A DNA stretch of 64,000 bases from an uncultured Nitrososphaeraceae archaeon. GTDB taxonomy: Archaea; Thermoproteota; Nitrososphaeria; Nitrososphaerales; Nitrososphaeraceae. Positions within the stretch are counted from its first letter, which is position 1; each line of letters opens with the position of its first letter. The stretch is from positions 160,001-224,000 of the forward strand of contig CAVSMN010000020.1 of the NCBI GenBank assembly GCA_963729045.1, given 5' to 3'. A model generated the notes under the pieces. That model was not told where the DNA came from. It did no database searches and saw only the letters and a program-made list of their open reading frames with translations. A program made the position numbers and the translations under genes. Below, piece after piece: positions 46,545 to 57,017 of the stretch.

Positions 46545-46864
46545 GAAACTATATGCGATATTTCCCATGGTCAGGGAAATGTTCTCTTAAAAATTCATCG
46601 GTTGATAAATTTTTAGACCAAATATTAAAGATTAATGTAAGCTTTGATTTCATAAATTGAGAAAGTTGAAGCTCACCGCATGCATAAAACGCACTAATAG
46701 TTACTGTAAAAGGAACATTTAAAGTGCGTGTGCCACTAAACTCGATAAACGCAACTTCCAGTCGATGATATGTGGAAGAGGCCACGGATTTATTGTTTGA
46801 GATTGATCTTTAATACATAAAAGTATATATTACTAAATTAATATCTTGAAACAACTTTTTTAGA

Positions 46865-47803
46865 TCAGAAAGGTTCTTCATGCAGTAATGCGGACAATAA
46901 AGCTGCCCTTAACTCTTTTCCGTAAGCAGCTTGTTTAAAATAAAGAGCATTCACAGTATTATCAATTGATGGAGATATTTCATCAACTCTAGGTAACGGA
47001 TGTAAAATAGAAACATCAGGTTTTGACTTTTTCAAGATATTTTCATCAATAGTATACAATCCTTGAATTTTTTTATATTCTTGAAGATCCGGAAATCGTT
47101 CTCTTTGGATACGTGTTACATATATCACGTCTAATTTTTCTAACAAGTCATCAGATAATTCAATATGATGATACATTTTTACCTTAGTTGAGATATCGTA
47201 TATCGATTCACTTCGAACTTTTAGTACAGATGGAGAAACAAGATGAATTTCGACTTTATAATTAGATAGGGCATAGATTAGAGAATATACCGTACGGCCA
47301 TACTTTAGATCTCCTATTATTCCAATAGATAGACCATCAATTCTTTTTTTTTCTTTGAATATGGTGTAAATGTCCAACATAGCTTGAGTAGGATGTTCTT
47401 CGCTACCACTACCTCCATTTATCACAGGTTTTTCTGATATTTCACAAGCATATCTACTCGAACCATCGGAAGGATGACGTATTAAAATGATATCGGAGTA
47501 TAATGAGATGGTCTTAATGGTATCAGCATAACTTTCGCCTTTCATGATAGATGAAGAATCCACATCTGATATTCCCAAAGATCTGCCCCCAATGGAGGAC
47601 ATAGCAGATTCGAAACTTAACCGGGTTCTAGTACTATACTCATAAAAAATATATCCAAGAATTAAGCCTTTTGCGATTTCTCCACGCTCTCTAGATTTCA
47701 ATGTTCTTATTTTATCAGTAATATCAAAGAGAAAAGTAAAATCATCTATATTGAAATCGCGAATGGACACTATATTGCGATTAAAAAATCTATTTTGAAT
47801 CAT
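46865..47803 (-). CDS. pyrB: Aspartate carbamoyltransferase catalytic subunit
   Basis: STRTRLSFE, KGES, HPTQAMLD, GDLKYGRTV, YVTRIQRER, HPLPR. Confidence 0.97.
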   Translation of the reverse strand: MIQNRFFNRNIVSIRDFNIDDFTFLFDITDKIRTLKSRERGEIAKGLILGYIFYEYSTRTRLSFESAMSSIGGRSLGISDVDSSSIMKGESYADTIKTISLYSDIILIRHPSDGSSRYACEISEKPVINGGSGSEEHPTQAMLDIYTIFKEKKRIDGLSIGIIGDLKYGRTVYSLIYALSNYKVEIHLVSPSVLKVRSESIYDISTKVKMYHHIELSDDLLEKLDVIYVTRIQRERFPDLQEYKKIQGLYTIDENILKKSKPDVSILHPLPRVDEISPSIDNTVNALYFKQAAYGKELRAALLSALLHEEPF

Positions 47804-47868
47804 GAATAACCATGTAATTAATACTTTCTAAAATATACCATCATTCAGTAGACAGCAAGGATAAAAAA

Positions 47869-50622
47869 TCATCCTGAGCCACAACTACTAAATCCACATT
47901 CAATGCACATATTACAGCCTTCTGTAATAATTAAGTAATTTTTACAAACTGGGCATGCTTCTTTATCGCTTTCTGTTCTTGTAAGAGTGTATGGGTCAGG
48001 TTTGGTAGTAATTGATACAGTATTGGATTCAAAACTATTAGGTTCTAGTTGGTTATCGACTGTATTAGTTGCTACGGCATATTGATCACTTGATTCATAA
48101 TCCTTAAAAATTGGATTTACCTGATCAAGAACATAAGGTTCATGTATGTTTGTTAAAATATAATCATGCAAATACATACTTGGTTTAACTTGGAATCTTT
48201 TTTCACGATCATTACCAGTAATATGTAAAACTTGTTCATTCCTAGAGCCATCTCTATAGATAGTCACCCCTTTTAATCCAAATTCATGAGCAAGTAGATA
48301 TGCACATTTTACATCCTCAACCGTAACATCTCCAGGCATGTTGATTGTTTTTGCAATCGCGTTACTGATCCATTTTTGCCACACAGCTTGAGCCATTATA
48401 TGATCGGTCCAATGAATATCTATGGCCGTAACAAATAGCTTTTGTATCCATTCAGGTATTTCATTTATGCCACGAACGGATCCGTAATTATTTGCAATTT
48501 TTATCAAAATTTCATCAGTGTATAATCCATGTTCTTTCAAAACATTCTCAAAAATCTTGTTTGTATAGAAGAACCTACCAACAGTAACACGTTTTTCAAA
48601 CACCAAAGCAAAAACAGGTTCAACACCATTAGATACATCCGAAATCATTGATAAAGTACCAGTAGGTGCGATAGTAGTAGTCCATGAATTCCTGATTCCA
48701 TAGTTTTTAATTTTTTCTATTAAGGAGTCCCAATCATAATAATGTGAATCCTTAGGGATCTCATGGTAACCCGACAGCGGAATATCTCCATTCTTATACT
48801 CAGTCTGATCAAATAACGGGAAAGCACCTCGAGATTTTGAAATGACAACACTTTCATCCATACTAAAATACGACAAAGTTTCAGCTAGTTTACTCATGAA
48901 TTCATATCCTTCCTTTGAATCATAGGGGATTTGTAACATGAATAATAAGTCTGCTATACCCATAATCCCCAATCCTATTCGCCTGGTTAGTTTTGTATTG
49001 ATATCTATTTCCTCTACAGGATATTTATTGACGTCAATAACATTGTCCAAAAATCGTGTAGCTGTTCTAATGGATTGTTCATATTTGGGCCAATCAAATT
49101 CATACATTCCATCTGCTTTTCGTTTTACAAATTTGGATAAATTAATGGATCCGAGATTACAGGACTCACATGGATACAAGGACTGTTCGCCACATGGGTT
49201 AGTTGCTCTAAGTGGTCCCCCTTTGGCATCGATGCAAGGATTGTATTTATTTATATTATCAAAAAATATGACACCAGGTTCAGCGCTCTTCCATGCACTC
49301 AATGCTATTAGCTCCATTAATTGATGAGAATCGATATTTTTCACATTAGCCTTGGTTCTGGGATTTTTCAGAGAATATTTATGATCCGCTTTATTTACTA
49401 ATGATTTCCAAAAATCTGACCAGATACCTACACTTACGTTAAAATTTTCATACATCCCTGGTTTAGTTTTCATTGTAATGAATTTTTCGATATCTGGATG
49501 CCAAGATTCCAAAATACCCATATTTGCGCCACGCCTTTTTCCACCTTGTTTAACTACGTCTGTAATTGAATCGATAATTTGCATAAAAGAAGTTGGTCCA
49601 GATGCAACACCACTAGTAGATGCAACTATATCCCCTTCGGGCCTTAAGTCAGAATAATTTATTCCAACACCTCCTCCAGATTTAAAAATCATTGCTGCGT
49701 CAGTGGATGATTTCATAATAGAATACATATCATCAGGCATATCAAGAACAAAACAGGCAGATAGTTGTCCCAATCTGGCACCAGCATTCATAAGAGTTGG
49801 CGTATTAGGAAGAAATTCATTAGAAACCATCAAATTGTAATATTCCGTTATTTTGTTGCCATAATTGCTCATTTTTCCTTCTGCAATCAATCGTAAAAGT
49901 TCTTTAAAGCTTAACTTCATTCTTCCCAGTTTGGCCTCATCAATATATGATCTGATTAATGCTTCAAAATGATATTTATTAAAATAATAACTTCCAATTT
50001 TTAACTTGCTATCGAAATCGTCTAATTTTTTATAATATAATTCTGCTTCAGATAAAGTCTGTGTATGATTATTGTGAAAATCATAAACTCGAGAGTCATG
50101 AATAATATCCGATATAGCAACCAATATTGCGACTCGTTCAAATAATTGCTTTGGACCTTCGATAATTTCACCACTATTATCCCTCAATAAATATCTTGAA
50201 GACAGAACACGCAGAGAATTGACATCCAGGGTTTTATCCACTTCGTCAAGATCTTTTTTATTTAAGATCTTCATTTTCATTTCCCTTAATTTTCTTCTTT
50301 CATGACGATATAGGATGTAAGCCTTAGCGGTCTCAGCCAGACCTTCTTCAATTAAGATTGATTCAACCATATCTTGAACATCTTCGACGCTCAAAACATG
50401 ATCTCTATGAATGGACTCCAAGTATCCATTTTTAATAATTTTATTTACCAATTTTGATGCAAGTAATTCAGCCAATTTATGATCGGGTTTACCAGCTGCA
50501 ACCAATGCTTTGTAAATTGCATTCGATATTTTTGATTGCTCAAAATCCACTATTGTACTATTTCTTTTTTTAATATGTACAATGGTTTTATTTTTTGAAT
50601 CATGAAGATCAGTTTCAGCCAT
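47869..50622 (-). CDS. nrdJ: Class II (adenosylcobalamin-dependent) ribonucleotide reductase
   Basis: N-terminal ATP cone, PNTPTLMNAG, QLSACF, TNPCGEQ, IAPTGT, KGVTIYRDGSR, C-terminal Cys-rich tail; no nrdB in the window. Confidence 0.93.
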   Translation of the reverse strand: MAETDLHDSKNKTIVHIKKRNSTIVDFEQSKISNAIYKALVAAGKPDHKLAELLASKLVNKIIKNGYLESIHRDHVLSVEDVQDMVESILIEEGLAETAKAYILYRHERRKLREMKMKILNKKDLDEVDKTLDVNSLRVLSSRYLLRDNSGEIIEGPKQLFERVAILVAISDIIHDSRVYDFHNNHTQTLSEAELYYKKLDDFDSKLKIGSYYFNKYHFEALIRSYIDEAKLGRMKLSFKELLRLIAEGKMSNYGNKITEYYNLMVSNEFLPNTPTLMNAGARLGQLSACFVLDMPDDMYSIMKSSTDAAMIFKSGGGVGINYSDLRPEGDIVASTSGVASGPTSFMQIIDSITDVVKQGGKRRGANMGILESWHPDIEKFITMKTKPGMYENFNVSVGIWSDFWKSLVNKADHKYSLKNPRTKANVKNIDSHQLMELIALSAWKSAEPGVIFFDNINKYNPCIDAKGGPLRATNPCGEQSLYPCESCNLGSINLSKFVKRKADGMYEFDWPKYEQSIRTATRFLDNVIDVNKYPVEEIDINTKLTRRIGLGIMGIADLLFMLQIPYDSKEGYEFMSKLAETLSYFSMDESVVISKSRGAFPLFDQTEYKNGDIPLSGYHEIPKDSHYYDWDSLIEKIKNYGIRNSWTTTIAPTGTLSMISDVSNGVEPVFALVFEKRVTVGRFFYTNKIFENVLKEHGLYTDEILIKIANNYGSVRGINEIPEWIQKLFVTAIDIHWTDHIMAQAVWQKWISNAIAKTINMPGDVTVEDVKCAYLLAHEFGLKGVTIYRDGSRNEQVLHITGNDREKRFQVKPSMYLHDYILTNIHEPYVLDQVNPIFKDYESSDQYAVATNTVDNQLEPNSFESNTVSITTKPDPYTLTRTESDKEACPVCKNYLIITEGCNMCIECGFSSCGSG

Positions 50623-50857
50623 ATAACATTTATATATTATTTATAGATCGTTTATATTAATTTCGATAGCTTATTTTATAAATTAGCGAGTTTCAAATAA
50701 GAACTTACATCCAGGCTTAAAGTATACCATATGTAATAGACAGTCGTATTATAATGGACTGGTATTAAACAATTATGAATAATCTAACAGATATACAAAA
50801 AAATGACTAAAGGACTAAATGGATGGAGTTTATTCAACATGTGCTGAACAATGGATA

Positions 50858-52909
50858 TTAGTTAAATGTGACAATATTTCGAGATCCACATATAGAACAA
50901 ACATCACTACTAGCCACTCGAGTTCCGCATATAGAACATATGCGATTCTCTTCAAATATATCAAAGTAGGGGATAAAATTAGTGGATTTTTGTATCAATT
51001 CCACCATTTCCTGAGTAGGAACATCACTAGTGAGTAGTTTTACGTACAAACCTCCAGCCATAAGATTATCCAATTCAATTAGATTTCTAGATAATGAATC
51101 TTCATCATCAAGCATTTTTTTGGTAATAACTAGTCCTTGTGAATATGATCTAAAATCATGAGTCAGTTTACCAAATTTCTCGGAATCGAGGTTAACAAAT
51201 CTTGTTGAACTAGAATCATTTATAATGGAAACGCCAAATTTGTCTGTGTTATGTTGGCCGAAATCAATTAGGACGTCATTAGCCGTTTTAACCACTTTCT
51301 TTACAATATCAAATCCCACATCTTTAGAAAATCCCAAAATATCATGAATAGATTCATCTAATCCAGTCAAGTTAACGATTATAGAAGTAGAACCCAATTG
51401 TGGAAAGCCCATAGTATGGGATAGAGCAGGTAATATATCTTGTCGAATGTTTTCTAATAATATCTCCTTCTTTAGTAATAAAGTACTTACTGAGGGCCTC
51501 ATTAACAAGGCTAATTTAGTCCTAAAATAGGTTTCATCTTTATTTGATTGATAAGCTAAACGGGGCAAATTTATAGAAAGGGAATGTAGTGCGACGATCG
51601 GCAACCCCATATCTTGATGCATCTTATGAATACCTCTACTACTACGAACCGATTTTTGTGAGAGAGATATTCGACCACCTAACTTTATGATCTTTGTAAG
51701 AAGGGACAACAAGTCATTAGATAAAGAATTTGCAAAAGTTATAAAAAGTCCAAAATTGGGCAGAGATACTTGCTCTATATAAGACAAATATCCACTTAGC
51801 ATTTGAAGCAAACGCTCGCTATTTTCATTTCCACTCAAAACTAGCGTTATAAATGGAGATCCTGCATACTGCATTGAAACAGAAGATGAAATCAGTGAAA
51901 ATGAAAAATATTCAGATATTTTATCAATAGCATAATCACCAAAAATTTTATCGATGTTTTCTATGACTATCTCTCTGGAAACCTCTCTTTGAAGTAATGA
52001 AACCATGATAGGCAATGTGATATTTAATTTATGAGCATGTGTATTCCTAGGTAAAAAAAGAAAATGGCTTTTGAGATTCAAGTTCTTGTTTACTTGCTCG
52101 ATATCAACAAAAATAGTATCAGCGCCTATACCCCAATGACCTAATGCATCTAAATGAACCTCACCACTATAATGCATATCCATAATATCTTTTTGAAAAT
52201 TATTTGCAAAATAATCAGAAAAAACTTTTTCCGAAATATCTGTAATTAGGTCATTTATGCCATTTCTTAATGAATTATCATTATGATGGAATTTTTTATT
52301 TAAGTCAAAAATGGGAACTCCGATTCTAATTAACTTATTCATTTGTTCCTCTAAACCATGTTCTAACAATACATTATTTACACAATCTCTTATTAGTCTA
52401 GATGTCAAGTAAGAGGTTGAGAGTTTATATATTTTATTTTCCACCTCTTCAGTAATTTTTGTAGCTTGTTCTAATGACATATTTGCTTCTCTAACCAAGG
52501 ATTGAATTATTTTGTGTGGATTGAATTCTTCGATGGTTTGATGGCTGGTTCTAACATACATTTTCCCACTTTCAATTATAGACTTTTCTTCTATCTGTCT
52601 AGCCAAGTTTAACACCAATTTACCTAGATTAGTAATGGTATACCTCCTTTCACCCTTATTTAGACCTACCAATGATTGTCTCAATAGTTTTCTTAAATGA
52701 TATGCAAATTTCCCAGATTCTTTCTTTGATTTAAATCCTGCTAGTGATTTTAATTCAGAGTAGGTTAGAGGTCCTTTATTATTAAGAATGCGCAAGATAT
52801 CAATTCGATTAGGACTGGCCATTACTGAAAAAATCATTCTTACTCGTTTGGATGTGGATTCCAAAACTCCGCGTTTAGTTTCGGATGGGGGCAGATATGT
52901 ATACCTCAA
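50858..52909 (-). CDS. ArsR-like wHTH + ATP cone + degenerate class III RNR (NrdD)-like domain + Zn ribbon
   Basis: RIDILRIL..YSELK..FAYHLRKL..YTITNLG; VRTS..IEEFNP.KI..SL ATP cone; HYSGEVHL, SINLPRLA, LTGLDE, RFVNLD, CSICG..CSICGS. Confidence 0.82.
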   Translation of the reverse strand: MRYTYLPPSETKRGVLESTSKRVRMIFSVMASPNRIDILRILNNKGPLTYSELKSLAGFKSKKESGKFAYHLRKLLRQSLVGLNKGERRYTITNLGKLVLNLARQIEEKSIIESGKMYVRTSHQTIEEFNPHKIIQSLVREANMSLEQATKITEEVENKIYKLSTSYLTSRLIRDCVNNVLLEHGLEEQMNKLIRIGVPIFDLNKKFHHNDNSLRNGINDLITDISEKVFSDYFANNFQKDIMDMHYSGEVHLDALGHWGIGADTIFVDIEQVNKNLNLKSHFLFLPRNTHAHKLNITLPIMVSLLQREVSREIVIENIDKIFGDYAIDKISEYFSFSLISSSVSMQYAGSPFITLVLSGNENSERLLQMLSGYLSYIEQVSLPNFGLFITFANSLSNDLLSLLTKIIKLGGRISLSQKSVRSSRGIHKMHQDMGLPIVALHSLSINLPRLAYQSNKDETYFRTKLALLMRPSVSTLLLKKEILLENIRQDILPALSHTMGFPQLGSTSIIVNLTGLDESIHDILGFSKDVGFDIVKKVVKTANDVLIDFGQHNTDKFGVSIINDSSSTRFVNLDSEKFGKLTHDFRSYSQGLVITKKMLDDEDSLSRNLIELDNLMAGGLYVKLLTSDVPTQEMVELIQKSTNFIPYFDIFEENRICSICGTRVASSDVCSICGSRNIVTFN

Positions 52910-52991
52910 CTACAAAGAGCAGTCTTATTATTAGTATATAAATAAAACTATCGGTCAGGATAAGGATAAGATGCTCTGGTTTGATGAGAAC

Positions 52992-53606
52992 CTAGCTTTC
53001 TAACAACACTTGTCCGCTGTTAAGTATATCATCCTTTAAATTAATACTAGGTCTCTTTGAAATGACAGAAACTGGAACTTCGGGTAGTTTTTCTTTTGCC
53101 TCGTCTTCCAAACTATTTTGAACATCACTTAATATGGCCAAAGCATCTTTATCGATCACAGATGCTATTTTACCAGCATCGGTGTCAATATTAGAATTAA
53201 TTAATACATCACCAGTTAGTGTATGAATGTCATTCAAAACATCAGTTGCAGACGGAACAGCCTTTGAAAGATCTTTCTGAATATCTTGGAGCATTTCTAC
53301 AGTCGGATTAATTGTATCCATAATAGTTGAGAATTCGGTTATTGTGGTGAATCGGATTGCAACGACTTCTAAGGCCGTTGTTGCATTGTGAGTGTTCTTT
53401 CTAAGTCTTCTCATAGCAGATAACTCATTTGCAATGATATTTGCACGTGCATTATTTCCTGATTTTATATTTTGAGTTATTTTGGAGCTAAAATTAGCAT
53501 CAATATTAGAAAATTTTTTATCCATTAATTTGAGTTGCGAAATTTGCGTATTTATCACAGAGATAGCGCTGTTAACATCATAATAGAACTGGCCACTTTT
53601 TTCCAT
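52992..53606 (-). CDS. CdvB/ESCRT-III (Snf7-like) paralog
   Basis: Helical protein with ARANIIANEL..R, ALEVVAIRFTT, and C-terminal AIL..E..KLPEVP typical of CdvB; start 53606 or 53642. Confidence 0.75.
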   Translation of the reverse strand: MEKSGQFYYDVNSAISVINTQISQLKLMDKKFSNIDANFSSKITQNIKSGNNARANIIANELSAMRRLRKNTHNATTALEVVAIRFTTITEFSTIMDTINPTVEMLQDIQKDLSKAVPSATDVLNDIHTLTGDVLINSNIDTDAGKIASVIDKDALAILSDVQNSLEDEAKEKLPEVPVSVISKRPSINLKDDILNSGQVLLES

Positions 53607-53702
53607 CAAATCATCAGTAATCAGGACATTTGTTAAAAACAAATGTTAAACTCTGTAAACAAAAAGGAGGATTAAATTTAGCTAGGGTGTTACGACATTA
53701 AA

Positions 53703-54098
53703 CTATTGATATTTTTGCAATATTAAACCATGTTTTTCGTGGAAATCAATCACTTTGATTTTAGAACCCAATGGTAGATCAGAAGGTGAAGATATTCCAG
53801 GCAGAAACCCGGAAACATTTATGTCACAATCATCTAATTTAAAAATAACCCAAGCATACGAATTGACATCTTCAAATCCTTCTGGTGCTACTGCTTGGAT
53901 TGTAAATGTTACAACTGTGCCCTTACCGCTGTATGATATTTGTTTAAAAGAGCTAGAAAAACATTTATCACAATAATATACGGTTTCTAATATAATATTA
54001 TGGCATTTATTGCACTGATTAAGAATTATGTTCCCATTCTTCGCAAATTCGATGAACCGGTCTCGGGAGCTTTGATTTTTTGACTTTGATTGGGTCAA
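53703..54098 (-). CDS. DUF35 Zn-ribbon/OB-fold protein (thiolase partner)
   Basis: QCNKC..YCDKC, GKGTVVTFTI; adjacent to the thiolase gene. Confidence 0.88.
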   Translation of the reverse strand: MTQSKSKNQSSRDRFIEFAKNGNIILNQCNKCHNIILETVYYCDKCFSSSFKQISYSGKGTVVTFTIQAVAPEGFEDVNSYAWVIFKLDDCDINVSGFLPGISSPSDLPLGSKIKVIDFHEKHGLILQKYQ

Positions 54099-54113
54099 TT
54101 ACAATATCACCGT

Positions 54114-55274
54114 CTATTTTATTTTCTTGAATATATGTACAGCTGCGCTAGCCCCGGTAGCACCAAAATTATGAGTCATGGCTATCTCAGCATCTTTAAC
54201 CGTTCGTTCTCCAGCTTTATTCGTAAATTGTTCAAATACTTCTACAACTTGACCAACACCAGTTGCTCCTATTGGATGACCTTTAGATTTTAAACCTCCA
54301 GATGGGTTAACAGTAATATCGTTATTTAATCTGGTACGTCCTTCTCTAACAGCCTGAGCAGCAGATCCCTTGGGAAAGAATCCTAGATCTTCGATGTCTA
54401 TTAATTCGGCAATGGTAAAACAATCGTGCACTTCAACAAAATCAATATCTTTTGGAGACAGATTTGCCATTTTATAAGCTTGACGGGATGCTTCAACGGT
54501 ACTTGGAATCGTGGTAATATCTTTTCTAGATTGGACTGAAGCGGGTGATGCACCCCTACCTGAACCCACTACTTCCATATACGGATTTCCGCTTTTTTTT
54601 GCGAATTCCTCATTACATAGTATGACAGCTGAGGCACCATCAGAGAAAGGACAGCAATCATATAACTTTAGTGGAGATGCGACCACAGGAGATTTTAACA
54701 CATCTTCTATAGTAATTTTCTTCCTAACATGGGCTTTTGGATTAAGAAAACCATTTTCATGATTTTTAACAGCGACTCTAGCCAGATCCTCCTCTGTCGC
54801 TTTATAAGTAGCCAGATATGCTCTAGCCATCGAACCAAAAAGACCGGGAAATGATGCTCCGTTACCCCCCTCATAAAAAAAATCAGAACAATAGGAAAAG
54901 AGTGTTGTGCTTTCAACTGTACTGGTATGAGTTACTTTTTCAACCCCCAGTGCTAAAACACAATCATAAAATCCAGCAGATACATTTGCAAATGCTTCTC
55001 TAAACATTACAGAGCCAGAACCACATGCAGATTCAATAGTAAGACCAGGTACATCAGGGATCCCAAGGTTACTCATAATTACCGGAGCCATGTGAACCTG
55101 TTTATCAGCCACACCAAAGACGTTTGAAATATATCCTGCTTTCACGTCTCTTGGAGTTATACCAGCTGATTCAATGGCATCTCTTGAAGCATTCAAGGCT
55201 ATCTCAATAATACTCTCATGTAATTTGCCATACTTTGTACTGCCAGCACCAAGTACATAGACCTTTTCACCCAT
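54114..55274 (-). CDS. Acetyl-CoA acetyltransferase (thiolase)
   Basis: ESACGSG, DCCPFSDGA, EVHDCFT, NPSGGLKSKGHPIGATG. Confidence 0.93.
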   Translation of the reverse strand: MGEKVYVLGAGSTKYGKLHESIIEIALNASRDAIESAGITPRDVKAGYISNVFGVADKQVHMAPVIMSNLGIPDVPGLTIESACGSGSVMFREAFANVSAGFYDCVLALGVEKVTHTSTVESTTLFSYCSDFFYEGGNGASFPGLFGSMARAYLATYKATEEDLARVAVKNHENGFLNPKAHVRKKITIEDVLKSPVVASPLKLYDCCPFSDGASAVILCNEEFAKKSGNPYMEVVGSGRGASPASVQSRKDITTIPSTVEASRQAYKMANLSPKDIDFVEVHDCFTIAELIDIEDLGFFPKGSAAQAVREGRTRLNNDITVNPSGGLKSKGHPIGATGVGQVVEVFEQFTNKAGERTVKDAEIAMTHNFGATGASAAVHIFKKIK

Positions 55275-55547
55275 ATATTAGAAAGGGCTCTAGCATAATA
55301 AAAATGTAAAGTGGATGCATAAAATCTCAAAATGATTGATTCTGTTTTTGTTTTTATTTGAACAATACCTAAGTAATAATCGGAAACGTCCATTGTAGTG
55401 ACCTTTTTTTGGTAACAGATTTAAATTTGTTTTCACATATTACATGTAACTCAAGAAAAGAGAAAATTATTTGGGTCAAGTTCAGTAACGCTTTACACAA
55501 TTAATCCTAATTCAGAAAGTCTCTGATACCGTCAATTCAATTACTAT

Positions 55548-56405
55548 CTAGTGTATATGGTACAAATCCTTTCGCCTATTCTTTAACAATGGAAGGCTTT
55601 TTCTAACCACGCCAATCCTAGATAGATCCAAATCTATAAACTCAAAGCCTTCTGAATTACCCATATCCATAACAACAACGCCAAAAGGATCAACAACTAA
55701 ACTGCGACCACAGAAAATATTGCCAATTTGGTTAGGGGCAATCAGATAAACTCCGTTCTCTATTGCTCTAGCTCTACACATTATTAACCAATGATCTTCT
55801 TTCATTGTTCCCTGCACCCAACCAGATGGAGCTATCAATGCATCAGAGCCCTTAATGGCAAGGATTCGAGAAAGCTCTGGGAATCTCAAATCATAACAAA
55901 CCAAAGTTCCAAGTTTACCCAAAGGAGAAATAACAGGAGAAAATAGTTTATTTCCTGCCAATAACTTGGTGGATTCCTTAAAACCTAGTGCATCATAAAG
56001 ATGCAGCTTCCTATAATAAGAAATTAATTTTCCCTGTTCATTTATTAATACCACTGTATCATAAACACGATAAGAATTTTTGTTAATTTTACTCTCCTTC
56101 TCCTGCTTTGTATTGGTTGTTATTAGATTTGTATGCTCATAAATGGAACCAACAATAAAGATATTGTTTTCTCTGGCGCTTTTCTTCAATTGCTTAACAA
56201 AATTACCATTCAGGGATTCGGAAATCGAAAACAATTCTTTGCTAGATTGTGATTGGGGAGAAAACGACATCTGGAATTCCGGGAAGCAAATAATCTTCGC
56301 TTCTTTTCTTGCAGATTGCTCAATTTGTTCCAAAGAGAAAGCCAGATTTTCTTCTTTGTCTGGTGACGACTTCATTTGGACAATCGAAACCCTTACCATA
56401 ATCAT
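55548..56405 (-). CDS. Carbon-nitrogen hydrolase (Nit1-like)
   Basis: FPE, YRKLHLYD, CYDLRFPE catalytic triad, RARAIENG. Confidence 0.92.
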   Translation of the reverse strand: MIMVRVSIVQMKSSPDKEENLAFSLEQIEQSARKEAKIICFPEFQMSFSPQSQSSKELFSISESLNGNFVKQLKKSARENNIFIVGSIYEHTNLITTNTKQEKESKINKNSYRVYDTVVLINEQGKLISYYRKLHLYDALGFKESTKLLAGNKLFSPVISPLGKLGTLVCYDLRFPELSRILAIKGSDALIAPSGWVQGTMKEDHWLIMCRARAIENGVYLIAPNQIGNIFCGRSLVVDPFGVVVMDMGNSEGFEFIDLDLSRIGVVRKSLPLLKNRRKDLYHIH

Positions 56406-56667
56406 ACAAAAGAGTAATGAAGTTTAATATTAAATTAGTTGTCAGTGAATAGAATTAGTTGACTTAAATTCACTCAAAGAATTGAAAAATCATCTACTGT
56501 TATATCCTTACTTTCGTCTCAAAAAATAGTATTAAGATACCTCACTCCGTGAATCAAAGGTACATGTACACGTTATTACTAATCTATTTACTTGATTAAT
56601 TCCAAATTAAAAATACCGGGGTTAACGGTTCAACAATGTTTAATAATTTTTGCACTCTTAAAGTTTC

Positions 56668-56931
56668 ATGGAAGACTTTGAAAAAGAGATAAAGGATTTA
56701 GCAGGATGGGAGAAAGTAGTTAATAAACTAAGTAAGAACTTTAAATTTAAAGATTTTATTGAAGCTTTTAGTTTTGTTACGAGGATTGCAATGATATCTG
56801 AAAAGATGAATCATCATCCAGACATTACAATATCATATAATAGTGTTCATATCGATCTAACAACGCATGACATAAACGGTATAAGTAAAAATGATATAAT
56901 ATTAGCAAGAAAGATTGAGGAATTAATATGA
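56668..56931 (+). CDS. Pterin-4-alpha-carbinolamine dehydratase
   Basis: FKFKDF.EAF.F, NHHPDI, TTHD..GISKND. Confidence 0.93.
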   Translation: MEDFEKEIKDLAGWEKVVNKLSKNFKFKDFIEAFSFVTRIAMISEKMNHHPDITISYNSVHIDLTTHDINGISKNDIILARKIEELI

Positions 56932-57017
56932 ATTGATAAACTCCCCAATCCAATCCGACAATAATTCATTCAATAAAAGAATCTAAATATAGTCCTAATT
57001 GTAAAAAAAATAAAGCG

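Noticed and set aside
46570..46790. Cobalamin riboswitch-like words (AGGGAA, ACTGTAA, GCCACT, GGAAG) near the B12-dependent nrdJ
   Set aside because: Spacing is far from consensus, there is no B12 box, and no gene lies downstream on that strand
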